A DNA stretch of 64,000 nt. It comes from Gemmatimonadota bacterium (GTDB taxonomy: Bacteria > Gemmatimonadota > Gemmatimonadetes > Gemmatimonadales > GWC2-71-9). Below the pieces are notes generated by a model that saw only the letters and a list, made by a program, of their open reading frames with translations, did not search any database and was not told where the DNA came from. The stretch covers positions 1 to 64,000 of the forward strand of contig JAZDCY010000014.1 in NCBI GenBank assembly GCA_036679645.1, written 5' to 3'. Shown here one piece after another: positions 50,336-60,982 of the stretch; the stretch's first letter is position 1, and every line of letters starts with the position of its first letter. The position numbers and the translations under genes are program-made.

Positions 50336-52296
50336 ATGCGACGGTTTCTGATTCGCTCGTTCGTGCTTGCCGCAATGGCGCTCAGCGCTATCGCGGAGCC
50401 CGTCGTGGCCCGTGTCGTACGAATCGTGATCGACCGGCGCGAACCGGTGTTGGCCGGCCGGGCATTCGGGAACTTCGGCGCATATGAGAAACTCGTGGGG
50501 CGCGTGTTCTTCACGTTCGATCCCGCTAACCCGGCGAACGCACGTATCGTCGATCTCTCCCTCGCACCGCGGAACGCGGACGGGTTGGTCGAGGCGTGGG
50601 CGGACTTCATGGTCCTGCGCCCGGTCAACGGGGGGAGTGGGGTGGCGTTGCTCGAGGTGAGCAACCGGGGCGGTAAGGCGAGCCTGTCCTATTTCAACGG
50701 AGCGCGCGGCAGTCGCGATCCTGTCGCCGAAGAGCACTTCGGTGACGGCTTGCTCATGCGACTGGGCCTCACTGTGATCTGGGTGGGGTGGCAGCACGAT
50801 GTCCCGCTCGGCGACGAGCGACTGCGCCTTCACGTTCCCACCGCCACGGGGCCCGACGGCCCCATCACAGGGTTGGTGCGCAGCGACTGGACCATCGACC
50901 GCGCTGCCGACACGCTCGACGTGGCCCACCGAAATCACGTTCCGTACGCGGCTAGCGATCCGTCCGACCCCGAGAACGTACTAACCGTGCGCGACGGCTC
51001 CATGACCGGTGGCGCTTCACGGCCAACGGCACCCGCATTGTGCTCGACGGCGGGTTCGCGGCCGGAAAGATCTACGAGCTGGTCTACCGATCGCAGGACC
51101 CCAAGGTCGTGGGCCTCGGGCTTGCCGCAATCCGCGACATGATCTCGTATGCCAAGTACGACGAGGAGAGCGCGTTTCCGGTGGCACGCGGCATCGCCAT
51201 TGGGATCTCACAGACCGGCCGCTTCCTGCGTCACTACCTGTACGAGGGGTTCAACACCGATGAGGACGGCCGCATGGCGTTGGACGGCATCATGGCGCAC
51301 ACCGCCGGCGCCGGACGGGGGAGCTTCAACCACCGTTTCGCGCAGCCGTCCCGGGACGCACACCGCTACTCGGCCTTTTTCTATCCGACCGACATCTTCC
51401 CGTTCACGTCACGGACGCAAACCGACACCGTGACCGGATGGACCGACGGGCTGTTTGCCCGCATGCGCGAGGAACATCGGCCAAAGGTCTTCTACACGAA
51501 CACCGGATACGAGTACTGGGGTCGCGCCGCCGGGCTGATTCACGTCTCGCCCGACGGCGCCGGGGACGTCGCACCCTTCGAGAACGAACGTATCTATCAT
51601 CTCGCGAGCGGACAGCACTTCGTCGTGCGCTTCCCGCCACCCGAGCGCAGTCGCATGGCCGACTCACCCGGATACCGCGGCAACCCGCTGAACTTTCTGC
51701 TCACGATGCGCGCCCTACTCGTGCGCATGGTCGAATGGGTGAGCGACGGCACAGAGCCACCGCCAGCCACCCACCCACGCATCGCGGACGGGACGCTGGT
51801 CCCAATCGATCAGATCCGGTTCCCACATATTCCCGGTGTGCCGTTCCCCACGGTGGCGCACGAGGCGTATCGCTCCGACTACGGGCCGCGCTGGAGCCAG
51901 GGAATCATCGAGAGACAACCGCCGGACCTGGGTGCGGCGTTCCCGGTACTGCTGCCGCAGGTCGACAGCCTTGGCAATGAGATGGGCGGTGTGCCATCGG
52001 TAGAGATCCAAGCCCCGCTCGCCACGTATGCACCATGGAATCTGCGTGCCGGATTCGCCGGCGGGACAACGGAGTTGACGGATTTCTTCGGAACGTACAT
52101 CCCTCTTCCGCGCGTTCCCGATGCTAGCGATCCCCGGCCGGACATCGGGAGCCTCTACGGAAACCGCGCGGTGTACCTCGCCCTCGCCGCGCGAGCCGCC
52201 GACTCACTCGTGGACCGCGGGTTCCTGCTTCCGGAAGACTCCGACCGCGCCATCCGGCGCGCGGCCGAGCAGTGGGACTGGATCATGGCGCGTTGA
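50336..52296 (+). pseudogene. Secreted alpha/beta-hydrolase-domain protein with short deletion and frameshift near 51000
   Basis: EVSNRG, GWQ.D and LTVRD in one frame; DRWRF..GKIYELVY, GISQTGRFLR and EYWGR in another. Confidence 0.85.
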
Positions 52297-52925
52297 GCTG
52301 GCCCTGAGCGACCGATGACGATCACAACTTTGACAAGCGGAGCCACGCAATCGCCGCTGTGGCCCCTCCGCCGAGAACCGCGGGGTCGAGATCGCATCGG
52401 CCAGTCCCTCCAGCGGCCTTGCCATGCACGGATACATGTCACATGCGACACAATATCATGGGTGACATATACTCGCGCGTCTGCTGGCCGTCGCTGAGGA
52501 AGTGTCGCGTTTTGTCGATCTCCTGTGACCGAATCCGACGTACGACCGTCAAGAATGCGACGCTGCCGATCCGCGACCAGCGAATAGGCTGATCCTTCAC
52601 ACGGAATTCACGGCAGCGTTAGCTCATCCTGAGTAGCGTATGGACCATGTAGCGCGGCCCCCGGACTTCCATCCCGATTACGAGTGAGCGACCGTCATTC
52701 AAAGTCCGTACGCCGGGAGTCTTGGTCGTTGGCCGCAGCCGGAGTCTGGTAGGCGGTGGAGTTAGCAGATGTTGGACGTACGCATCCTGCTCGTGGCTTC
52801 GTGGTCCAGCACTCTCCCGGCGTCTTGCGCCGGCCTGTTTGCCGTACTTCACACCGCAGAAACGCGTTTGAGCGCGGTCCACCTGCTGGGGTGAGAGCTG
52901 CGTACGCGTTGATTGGAGCAGCACG

Positions 52926-54589
52926 ATGAAACCGCTCTTGAGGATCCTACTCACGGCACTGCTCGCTGCCGGCGTCGGCGTGACGGCCTGTAACGACCCC
53001 ACAACGGGACCTGCCGGTGTGCCGAGGTTCGCAATCCAGGGTACCCAACGACCCGATTTCCGAGATCACGCACGCACGGTGAGCGATGCCGAACTCTTCG
53101 CGGATGCGGTCAAAGGAGACTCAATCGTGATGATCGGGGTGAAGGAACCTGGGGCAACGCGGGGTATCGGCACTCGCGGCACAATTACCGTGTCCGAGGG
53201 ACGCTCGAGGACACGCGAGCGTTCGTCCGCTCGGTACGGGGCGTCACGGTACGCCGCGATTTCGAGAACTACCCGCTCGTCGTCGCCAAGGTCACCGCCG
53301 AGGCACTCCCGGTCCTCCGAGCGGATCCTCGCATCGATTACGTCGTGCCCAGCTATCCGTTGGCGACCTTTGACTCCCCGACACGGACGCCGGCGCTGGC
53401 GTGTGCATGGAACCCGCAACAAATCGGATGGCACATCCCACGGATTCGTGCTGACGAGGCGTGGACGTGGACCCAGGGCCAATGGTATGGTCCGACCGCC
53501 CGCCGTCTGACCATCCTGGATGACGGCTTACGGCTTGACGAAGGGGTTGATTCGCTCCACTTCGAATTGCCCGTCGTCGACTACGCGGTCTATGACACTG
53601 GCACAAACTGGGGCCACCATGGCGGGTACGTCGCGCCGGTCGCCAGCGCCAGGAACAACGGTGTCGCGGTGGTCGGAGTCGCTCCGCTCGCTCGCCTTGC
53701 CTTGTTCGCGGTCGTGCAGAACAACCTGGCAGGCCCGGCAGTCAGCGACAGTATTCACCCGGACCGCGTCACGGAGGCCATCATCGACCAAGCTTCGGAA
53801 GCGTCGGTCATCAGCATGAGCTTCAAGGCAGTGACTACCTACAGTGGCGAACCGTACGGCTGGGGACCTGTCGGCAACGCGATCGACTGGGCGTTCGGCG
53901 TTCACAACACGGTCTTCGTAGCCTCAACGGGTAATGCTGCACGATCGGACCTCTATACCTGGCCTGCCCAATACCAGAACGTGATCGGCGTGGGAGGATT
54001 GGACCAGAACAACCTCCCCGTGGCCGCGAACTACGCTCCCGGAAACATCGCCATCGCCGCGCCCGCAACACGCATCCAGACGCTCTGCATCGGCGGTGGC
54101 GGTCCGGCGATTGTTTCAGTCGGCGGATCGACGTCACTCGCCACACCGATGGTAGCAGCGGCGGCCCACATGGTGCGAACGGTTCAGACAAGTTGGACGG
54201 CAGAGCAGGTCAAGCAGAGGATTCTTGGCACCGCAACTCGCCTGCTTGCTCCGAGTATCCGTGTCGGGGCCGGATTGCTCAACGTGTACAACGCGGTGCA
54301 CTTCGCACAAGATCCGCCGGAGTTCAGTGTTTCGATCGCGGGAACGAATCCGATTCGGCCCTTCGATGAGTGCACATGGGTGGCGAGTGTCACGGCAGGC
54401 ACTGGACCATTCTCGTACCAGTGGTACCGCGACGGTGTCTTTGTCGGAAGCAATGAATCGTACACCGGCTCCATGGACGGCGACTTGAACTTCGAGCTGG
54501 AGGCGTGGGTAACAGATAACACGATGTCGATGGTCACTGACATGGTAGTCATTTGGTCCGACGCAGGAGCCAATCCATGCTTGGAGTAA
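52926..54589 (+). pseudogene. Subtilisin-like S8 peptidase lipoprotein with a frameshift in a G run near 53198
   Basis: Lipobox VTAC; prodomain ..LRADPRIDYV; ILDDG (D), HHG (H), STGN, STSLATP (S); C-terminal PKD-like domain. Confidence 0.8.
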
Positions 54590-55041
54590 CACAGAGATCA
54601 CCGCGTCGCCCCCATTCTTGGCCGGTCGTTTGTGCCGCTGCTGGTTTGCTCGCTTGTGGTGACAGCTTGAATCCGGTGGAAATCCGTCAAGAGACCGAAG
54701 AAGGTTTCGCACAGGTTGTACGCTTCTCCGACATCCAACCAAAGCAGGGTGATACCCTCTTGGTTGTATCGACGATCTACAACCTGAGCAGCTCCACTGC
54801 GGACGTAAGGTTTTGGGGGGGATGCCTCCAGGTCTCAGGGACCGTAGAACTCGAACGGCCGTTTGTGGCGTTCCAAGTCGAAGAATGCGGCGAATGGTCG
54901 CGGCCCATGTTCGCCGGTGATTCGGCGCGGGCGTGGGATCGTTGGGTCGTCAGGTCGCCCCCGGGACTCTATACCATCCGGATCCATCACTGGACCGATC
55001 CGCCCGTGGCGGTCGAACACACCTTGCAGGTGAAGAAGTAG
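54577..55041 (+). CDS. Small lipoprotein with Ig-like features, overlapping the S8 gene stop
   Basis: AGGAG + ATG, lipobox GLLAC, GDTL.V..TIYN..., AGDS, PPGLY. Confidence 0.65.
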   Translation: MLGVTQRSPRRPHSWPVVCAAAGLLACGDSLNPVEIRQETEEGFAQVVRFSDIQPKQGDTLLVVSTIYNLSSSTADVRFWGGCLQVSGTVELERPFVAFQVEECGEWSRPMFAGDSARAWDRWVVRSPPGLYTIRIHHWTDPPVAVEHTLQVKK

Positions 55042-55134
55042 CCATCCCACGGGCAGAAGGGGCGCGGGAATGAGGAAGCAACAACAATTCGAACGGCGCA
55101 TGTCAGTCGCGCTGCTCGACGCTCATCCCGTGTT

Positions 55135-56220
55135 CTAGCGAACTGGAGAACCTCTCCTGGCCTTCACCACACCCCACGTCAACACCGGTACTACGAAGAT
55201 CGCCAGAAACACCCAGGTCAGCGTGCCATAGCCCTTGGCGATGAGATCGATCAGCCCGAACCGGGACAGGCCGGCTGCGATGAGAAGCAGCGTGATGGCA
55301 ACGGCCGGGCGTAGCGCGCGGGGCATGATGCTGTCCCGATCGGCGTAGACACTCGCGATGCGCTCGTTCACCGCGTGGATCATGCCGGTTCCCGTCTCGA
55401 TCAACGTTCCGAAGAGCACAATCTGAAAGACGATCGTGAACGTCCGCGAGCCCAAGAGATTAAGCAGGTAGTTGGCCGGGACGGGTTGATCGAGCACCGC
55501 CGGATACTGCCCGACCATCATCAGGTAGAACAGCAGACCCGGGATGATCGCGATCGGGCCGGCGAGGAGCCCTGCCGTCAGCGCGTCCCGCCGAGTTTCT
55601 ATGTGCCGCACCGAGAACAGCACCGCCGGGATCACCGCGAGGTTGTACCCCGCGTACTTGATCCCGCCGACGATCCAGCCGGTGCCATCCACGCCTTGGG
55701 AGAGTGCCGGCGCGATCTGCCCGCCGAACTTGGAGAGCGCCCAGACGAAGAACACGACGTAGGTCGCGTACAACACGACCGACCACCCGGTCAGCACCTT
55801 CTCGATGGTGCTGCTACCCCGGAAGACGAGGAATCCGACGGCCGCGATGATGCCGATGACACCCACCGCATAGGGGAGGTCGAACGTTTCGCGCAGCATG
55901 GTGCCCGCGGCCGACGCAATGACGGCGAGAATGATCGCCAGCAGCAGGAGATAACAGATCTCGAACAGCACCCAGCCGGGCCCGAGCAACTCCTTGAAGA
56001 AATGCCGATAGTCATAGCAGCCGAACACCCGCGCGAACTCGAAGCTCGCCGCATTCACGGCACTCCAGATCACGGTTGAGACGAGCACCATCGCGAGCAG
56101 GCCGCCGAGGGGGCCGTAGGTGAGGAAGAACTCGGCGATCTCTCGACCGGTCCCGTAGCCGCCGGCGATAACGACCGACTGAAAGACGAGGCCGGGCAAC
56201 ACGATCCTTCTCAGTCGCAT
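55135..56220 (-). CDS. YkvI-like membrane transporter
   Basis: VIAGGYGTGREIAEFF, YAGYN, TLIETG, about 10 TM segments. Confidence 0.8.
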   Translation of the reverse strand: MRLRRIVLPGLVFQSVVIAGGYGTGREIAEFFLTYGPLGGLLAMVLVSTVIWSAVNAASFEFARVFGCYDYRHFFKELLGPGWVLFEICYLLLLAIILAVIASAAGTMLRETFDLPYAVGVIGIIAAVGFLVFRGSSTIEKVLTGWSVVLYATYVVFFVWALSKFGGQIAPALSQGVDGTGWIVGGIKYAGYNLAVIPAVLFSVRHIETRRDALTAGLLAGPIAIIPGLLFYLMMVGQYPAVLDQPVPANYLLNLLGSRTFTIVFQIVLFGTLIETGTGMIHAVNERIASVYADRDSIMPRALRPAVAITLLLIAAGLSRFGLIDLIAKGYGTLTWVFLAIFVVPVLTWGVVKARRGSPVR

Positions 56221-56296
56221 GTGATAGCGTGCCCCTCCTCGCTCGTTCGAACAAACGACGGCTTACTAGAAATCGACGTTATGGTGGCGGGGTGCG

Positions 56297-56699
56297 TTAC
56301 AGCCGGGAGAGTTCCGCGTCGAGGCGTTGTTGATCGATCTCGTCTAGTTCCGGCAAGGTGGGCGCGCTGACAGTTGCGTGCCGCAGTCGAAAGAAGACGA
56401 CCGCCAGCCCGGCGACGAGTGCGAGACCCGGTACCACCCAGGCCACGAGCCCGAAACCGCGCGCGGCCGGGGCCGCGAGCACGATGTCACCGTAGACGGC
56501 GTACAGCGCCCTGCTGACGGAATCCGGTGTCACACCCGTCGCGAGTTGCTCCCGGATTTCGTCCGGGACAGAACGGGCTCATGGTCGTATTGAAGAGACG
56601 TGACGCTGCGGCTTCCACCTCCGGGCTGTACTGCGCGCCAGCCGACGCGGGCGACACCGCAGATACGATCACGAGAAGTGCAGCCGTCCGTATGCGCAT
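56297..56699 (-). pseudogene. ccmH: CcmH/NrfF-like cytochrome c maturation protein with deletion and frameshift near 56563
   Basis: Signal peptide and MSPFCPG, then out of frame DEIREQLATG...YGD.VLAAP..GFGLVAWVVP; the second Cys segment is missing. Confidence 0.8.
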
Positions 56700-56809
56700 G
56701 GATGTCCCAACTCGAGGGGGTCGCAGGGAGTGCACCCTCTGGAAACGCTCAGATCTGTCGGAAAGTTTCACCCGAGCCACCCCCCTCCATCGCCCCTTTC
56801 ATCGCTCCC

Positions 56810-59164
56810 TTACATCGCCCCTGCCATCGCCTCCTCAAACATCCCGTTCATCACCGGATACTCACGCCAGTCCCGATAGTCAAAGTGCCACCACTCGAAG
56901 CGATACACGGTGAACCCCTCCGCTTCCATCGCCGCGCGCAACAGTTCGCGATGCCAACGTTGGAGAGCCGTACCGCCGGGGTATCGGGGAAAGGACCGAT
57001 CGGAGAACTCGTCGTAGCCACCCACCATCTCGACGGGCCGCCCGGTGCGACGGTCGTACAGCGTGAGGTCGACCGCCGCCCCGCGGTTGTGGCGCGACCC
57101 CTGTGCCGGATTAGCGACGAACATCCGTTGCTCCGCCGGTGTGGCATCCCAAAACATCTTGGTGACGTACCACGGGCGGTACGCGTCGTGGATCAGCAGC
57201 CCATAGCCCTGTTGCCACAGGCGCCGCTGCGCGCGTGCGAGCGCCTCAGTCGCCGGCCGTTGCATCATAGCCCGGGCCGTGTCGTAGAACCGCGCACCCA
57301 TGAAGTTGTTCTCCGACGCGTACCGTATGTCGTACATGATTGTGGCGTCGAGGCTCTTGAGCTCGACCAAATCGGGATCGCGCAGGCCCGCCGGCTGGGC
57401 CGGCGGCGTGGCGGCCAATGCCGCTTCGCGCAATTCTTCCACGGGTCGCACCGGCGTGATCCGGAACGTCTCACCGGCCCGCGTGCCCACCTCGCGGCGC
57501 ACGAAAGCTATGCCTGCCGTGTTAACGTGCGTGGCCTGGCCCGAGGCGTCGCGCTCAAACACCAGCCGTTCGCCGGCGTAGAGACCCCAGTCTGGAAACG
57601 CGTAGACGTCGCGACTGATTTGCCGGAGCGGGTAAAGGAAGAACCACTCAATCAGCGCGTGGAGCTGCCCGCCGCGCTCGAGCACGTACAGCACGTCGTG
57701 ATCCCATCCGTACTCGCCGATCAGTCCCCGCCACCGCCGCGGCGCGGCACGCGGTCGCCGGTCTGCAACACGACGCAGCGTGTCGTTTCCCAGGACCAGC
57801 CCGTCGCGAACCGGCATGATGCGACGGCCACTGAAGAGACGGTCGTCCAACACGAGCGTATCGCCCCGGCTCCTGAGGCGAACCCGAAATCCCGGCTGGT
57901 TGACCCATGCATACAGCTGATTCCCATCTCGCTCGACGTCGATCTCCGTATCCCGCAGGCGGTACGTGCCGGGAAGCGTGCGCACCAAGTCGTCCGGCAC
58001 GGGTTGCGTGTACTCCGGTGCGGGAAGCGGTAGATCCGCCCGTCGCGCGATCATCAGGCGTAGCGCGTACTCCACGACCCGCTCGACCACGGCATTCGAG
58101 ACATCCATCGATGTCGCAGCGACCGCACCGAGACGCTGGTCCGGAAGCGCCGCCAGCTCAGTTGAGAATCCGTAGATCGCGCCACCATGGCCGACCTTGC
58201 GGTGCCCTTCGAGTTCGTCAACGGCAAACCCGAGACCGAACCCCGTCGTTGCGCCCTCCTCGGCGAACTGGGGTGTGAACATCTCCGCCAGCGTCGTGTC
58301 GGCGAGAACCCTGCCCCCCTCCCCCATACCGCCGGCAAAGATCATCGTAACAAACCAGGCCAGGTCCGTGACCGGCGCGTACATCGAGCCCGCAGGAGCC
58401 ATCCCGAGTTCGAACGTGGGCGCAGGGTTCGGTGTCCCGTGGTACGACCACATGTACCCGGTCGCCGCCGTACGGCGCGTATCTTCAGTGGGCACGAACG
58501 ACGATCGGTTCATTCCCAACGGGTCTAGCACCGCCGCACGCAGATAGTCCGGGAACGGCTGGCCGGTCAGTTGCTCCAGGACGTAGCCTACCGCCGCGAC
58601 ACCAGCGTTGGAGTACTTCGTGCGGCTGCCCGGCGCGTAGACGAGCGCGGTCGAGTTGAGACTGGCCACGGTAGCGGCTAGGGTGGGACCGGTGTCGTCG
58701 AAGTAATGCCCTACCGGTGGCTCACGGACCAGGCCAGACCGGTGCGACATGAGGTGCCGCAGCGTGATGGTGTCGCCGTACGGGTTCTCTGGCGTGAAGG
58801 TGGGGAGATATGTCGTGACCGGCGCGTCCAGGTCGATCTCGCCCCGCTCGACGAGCTGCATTACCGCAAGGTCGGTGAACAACTTGGAGACCGACCCCAC
58901 CCGGTAGACGGTGCCGGCCGTCGCCGGCGTGCTGTCCGCCAGATTGGCATGGCCAAAGCCGTGCGCCCACACGATCTCCTGGTCGTCGATCAGGGCTATG
59001 GAAAGCGCCGGCAGCCCCTTGTCGGCCATTTCGCGCTCGACGAACTGCGAGAGGCGGTCCACGACCAGCCGGTAGTCCCTCCGGGCCGGCCGGTCGCCGC
59101 CACCACAGGCGCCGGCAACCGCGAGGAGCGTACACGTCGTGACGGCACGGAAGAGGCGTCGCAT
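56810..59164 (-). CDS. Lipoprotein fusing a beta-lactamase-family serine hydrolase to a VanX-type D-Ala-D-Ala dipeptidase (M15)
   Basis: SVSK, YSN, GHGG; C-terminal DAYRP, SRHNRG..VD, EWWHF. Confidence 0.9.
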   Translation of the reverse strand: MRRLFRAVTTCTLLAVAGACGGGDRPARRDYRLVVDRLSQFVEREMADKGLPALSIALIDDQEIVWAHGFGHANLADSTPATAGTVYRVGSVSKLFTDLAVMQLVERGEIDLDAPVTTYLPTFTPENPYGDTITLRHLMSHRSGLVREPPVGHYFDDTGPTLAATVASLNSTALVYAPGSRTKYSNAGVAAVGYVLEQLTGQPFPDYLRAAVLDPLGMNRSSFVPTEDTRRTAATGYMWSYHGTPNPAPTFELGMAPAGSMYAPVTDLAWFVTMIFAGGMGEGGRVLADTTLAEMFTPQFAEEGATTGFGLGFAVDELEGHRKVGHGGAIYGFSTELAALPDQRLGAVAATSMDVSNAVVERVVEYALRLMIARRADLPLPAPEYTQPVPDDLVRTLPGTYRLRDTEIDVERDGNQLYAWVNQPGFRVRLRSRGDTLVLDDRLFSGRRIMPVRDGLVLGNDTLRRVADRRPRAAPRRWRGLIGEYGWDHDVLYVLERGGQLHALIEWFFLYPLRQISRDVYAFPDWGLYAGERLVFERDASGQATHVNTAGIAFVRREVGTRAGETFRITPVRPVEELREAALAATPPAQPAGLRDPDLVELKSLDATIMYDIRYASENNFMGARFYDTARAMMQRPATEALARAQRRLWQQGYGLLIHDAYRPWYVTKMFWDATPAEQRMFVANPAQGSRHNRGAAVDLTLYDRRTGRPVEMVGGYDEFSDRSFPRYPGGTALQRWHRELLRAAMEAEGFTVYRFEWWHFDYRDWREYPVMNGMFEEAMAGAM

Positions 59165-59227
59165 ATCCGCCCTAGAGATACGCGCATGAGGAGGGGTCGG
59201 CTAGGAGGAAGCCTTTGAACGAGAAAT

Positions 59228-59255
59228 GGGCAGGTCGGCTCATGCCGACCTGCCC
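59228..59255 (-). terminator. Probable intrinsic terminator after the P460 gene
   Basis: Perfect 12-bp stem GGGCAGGTCGGC-TCAT-GCCGACCTGCCC followed by ATTTCT on the minus strand. Confidence 0.6.
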
Positions 59256-59281
59256 GTCCGGCCTCGTGGGCCATCCCTACG

Positions 59282-59818
59282 TCAGTTCAGCGATGCCGTC
59301 ATGATATAGTCGTTGTCAGCCCGCGCACCGTGACAATTCTCGCACCCGGCCCCACGTCCACCAACCTGGACCGTGCCGTCGGCGAGCCGCTTGATGAAGA
59401 ACCAGTTGCTGTGGTCCGGGTTGAAGGCCTCCGTCTTGTACATCACCGTGACCGCCGCGAGCATGCCGTCGGGCATGTAGTTCTCTTTGACGATCATCGC
59501 GCCGGAAGGCATGGACGTGGCCGTGCCATTCAGCGCCTCGAGCGCAACGTCGTTGAGGTAGGTCGTGAGCAGCATCCCGTGCGGCTCGCCACCCTGGTAC
59601 TTGGCCTCTTTGCCGGGCCACATTGACCAACTCTGGTAACCCGCCGACTCCAGATGCGCCCAGACGGCCTCGGCCGTCGTGTCGGGCATTGCGACCACCG
59701 CCGCCTCGGCGCCCTCGCCGTCTCCCGCCGCCGCCTCGTCTCCCTCGCCGCCGGCACATCCAACCGCGAAGATCACCGCTAAGGCCGCTAGGGTCCGTCC
59801 GATCCTGTCCCGATTCAT
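59282..59818 (-). CDS. Cytochrome P460/c'-beta family lipoprotein
   Basis: GGAGG + ATG, lipobox AVGC, GAMIVKE, VMYK, NWFF, C-terminal CENCH. Confidence 0.85.
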   Translation of the reverse strand: MNRDRIGRTLAALAVIFAVGCAGGEGDEAAAGDGEGAEAAVVAMPDTTAEAVWAHLESAGYQSWSMWPGKEAKYQGGEPHGMLLTTYLNDVALEALNGTATSMPSGAMIVKENYMPDGMLAAVTVMYKTEAFNPDHSNWFFIKRLADGTVQVGGRGAGCENCHGARADNDYIMTASLN

Positions 59819-59936
59819 GCCTGTCTCCTCCAACTGGTCGGTCCTATTTCCAAATAGAGGGGGGGGAACTTGGCACCCCGGCGGCCTCACCGCAACCCCG
59901 ACGCCCGTCATCTGCGTGCTAACGCCTCGACCAGGC

Positions 59937-60842
59937 TCATGGTTCCGCAAAGGAATCGTAGTTCGTAATCACCTCGAGAAAGCGTGAGACGGCCAGGATA
60001 TCGGGCCCCACGTACCGGATGGAGTGTGCGTCGGGACGATCGACGATCGCGAGCATCGCCAGCACCTGCGACGGCTGGTAGTTCTTGAATCGGACATCCA
60101 GCGTGACCGGTCCCCGGAGCACGAGCGGCTCGTATTCCTCGAGGCGCAACAGCGCCTCACGGGTCCGGCGTTCGATCAGTTCGTATGCTGCATCGGGCGT
60201 CATGGTCCGCGCGGCGTGAAAACTCACGTTCCACTTCACGACCGCCCCGCTGATACCAGGCACTGCCGCCTGCACCTCCGCGACCGCCGCATCGCCTCCG
60301 GTGACCAATACCACAGGAACACCAAAGTAGCCCGCGATGGCCGCACTGAGACCGCCTTCGGGAACCGACCGGCCGTTGAGGCGCACGTCGGCGAACCGGG
60401 CGCTGGAGATGGTATGGGCACGCACCCCGTCGGGGTTGGTGGTTCCGGCGTGGTATCCCAGCAGAATCGCCGCGTCGAAGGTCGAGTCGATACCCTGCAT
60501 CATGCCCAGCGGCCGCGGCCAGGATCGGACGACCGTCACGTCGGCGGGAAAACGCTCGATCAACAGGTTTTCACCGTTCCCGTGGGAATCCCCAATCACG
60601 ATCTCGGTCACACCGGCCGCCCGCGCCCCCCGGATGGCCGCTAGGACTTCGTTAGTCATGAACTCACGGAATCGCTCGTATTCGAACCCGCTGGGGCCCA
60701 GCTGATCCCCCGTCACGACACCGACGACGCCCTCCATATCCGCTGAGATGTAGAGCTTCAGACCAGCGGTCTGCCCGGCCAGAGCATTACCCCAGCCCGA
60801 GAAGACCAAGCAGAACGCAAGGAATCCCATCCGCATCGCCAT
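59937..60842 (-). CDS. M55 D-aminopeptidase (DppA-like), with signal peptide
   Basis: ISADMEG, DSHG, GYHA, AHT. Confidence 0.92.
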   Translation of the reverse strand: MAMRMGFLAFCLVFSGWGNALAGQTAGLKLYISADMEGVVGVVTGDQLGPSGFEYERFREFMTNEVLAAIRGARAAGVTEIVIGDSHGNGENLLIERFPADVTVVRSWPRPLGMMQGIDSTFDAAILLGYHAGTTNPDGVRAHTISSARFADVRLNGRSVPEGGLSAAIAGYFGVPVVLVTGGDAAVAEVQAAVPGISGAVVKWNVSFHAARTMTPDAAYELIERRTREALLRLEEYEPLVLRGPVTLDVRFKNYQPSQVLAMLAIVDRPDAHSIRYVGPDILAVSRFLEVITNYDSFAEP

Positions 60843-60982
60843 CTCCAGAAAAGACCCGCGCAGACGTTAACCCAGGCCGACCTGACTCCGATAGGGACCC
60901 ACGCCATCACCGCCCCTCTCATCGCCCCTTCCATCGCCCCCCCATTGACTCCCCCGCCCACACCGCGTATTGGAAAAAGCCC

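Noticed and set aside
50255..50938. N-terminal 228 aa of the listed 593-aa ORF
   Set aside because: Antisense to the hydrolase gene; the DUF3179 protein starts at 50254 with a signal peptide.
56810..57450. Vancomycin resistance locus
   Set aside because: The VanX-like domain is fused to a lipoprotein hydrolase, and there are no vanH, vanA or vanRS neighbours.
59282..59818. Evidence for nitrification from cytochrome P460
   Set aside because: The family is widespread in non-nitrifiers, and no amo or hao genes are in the window.
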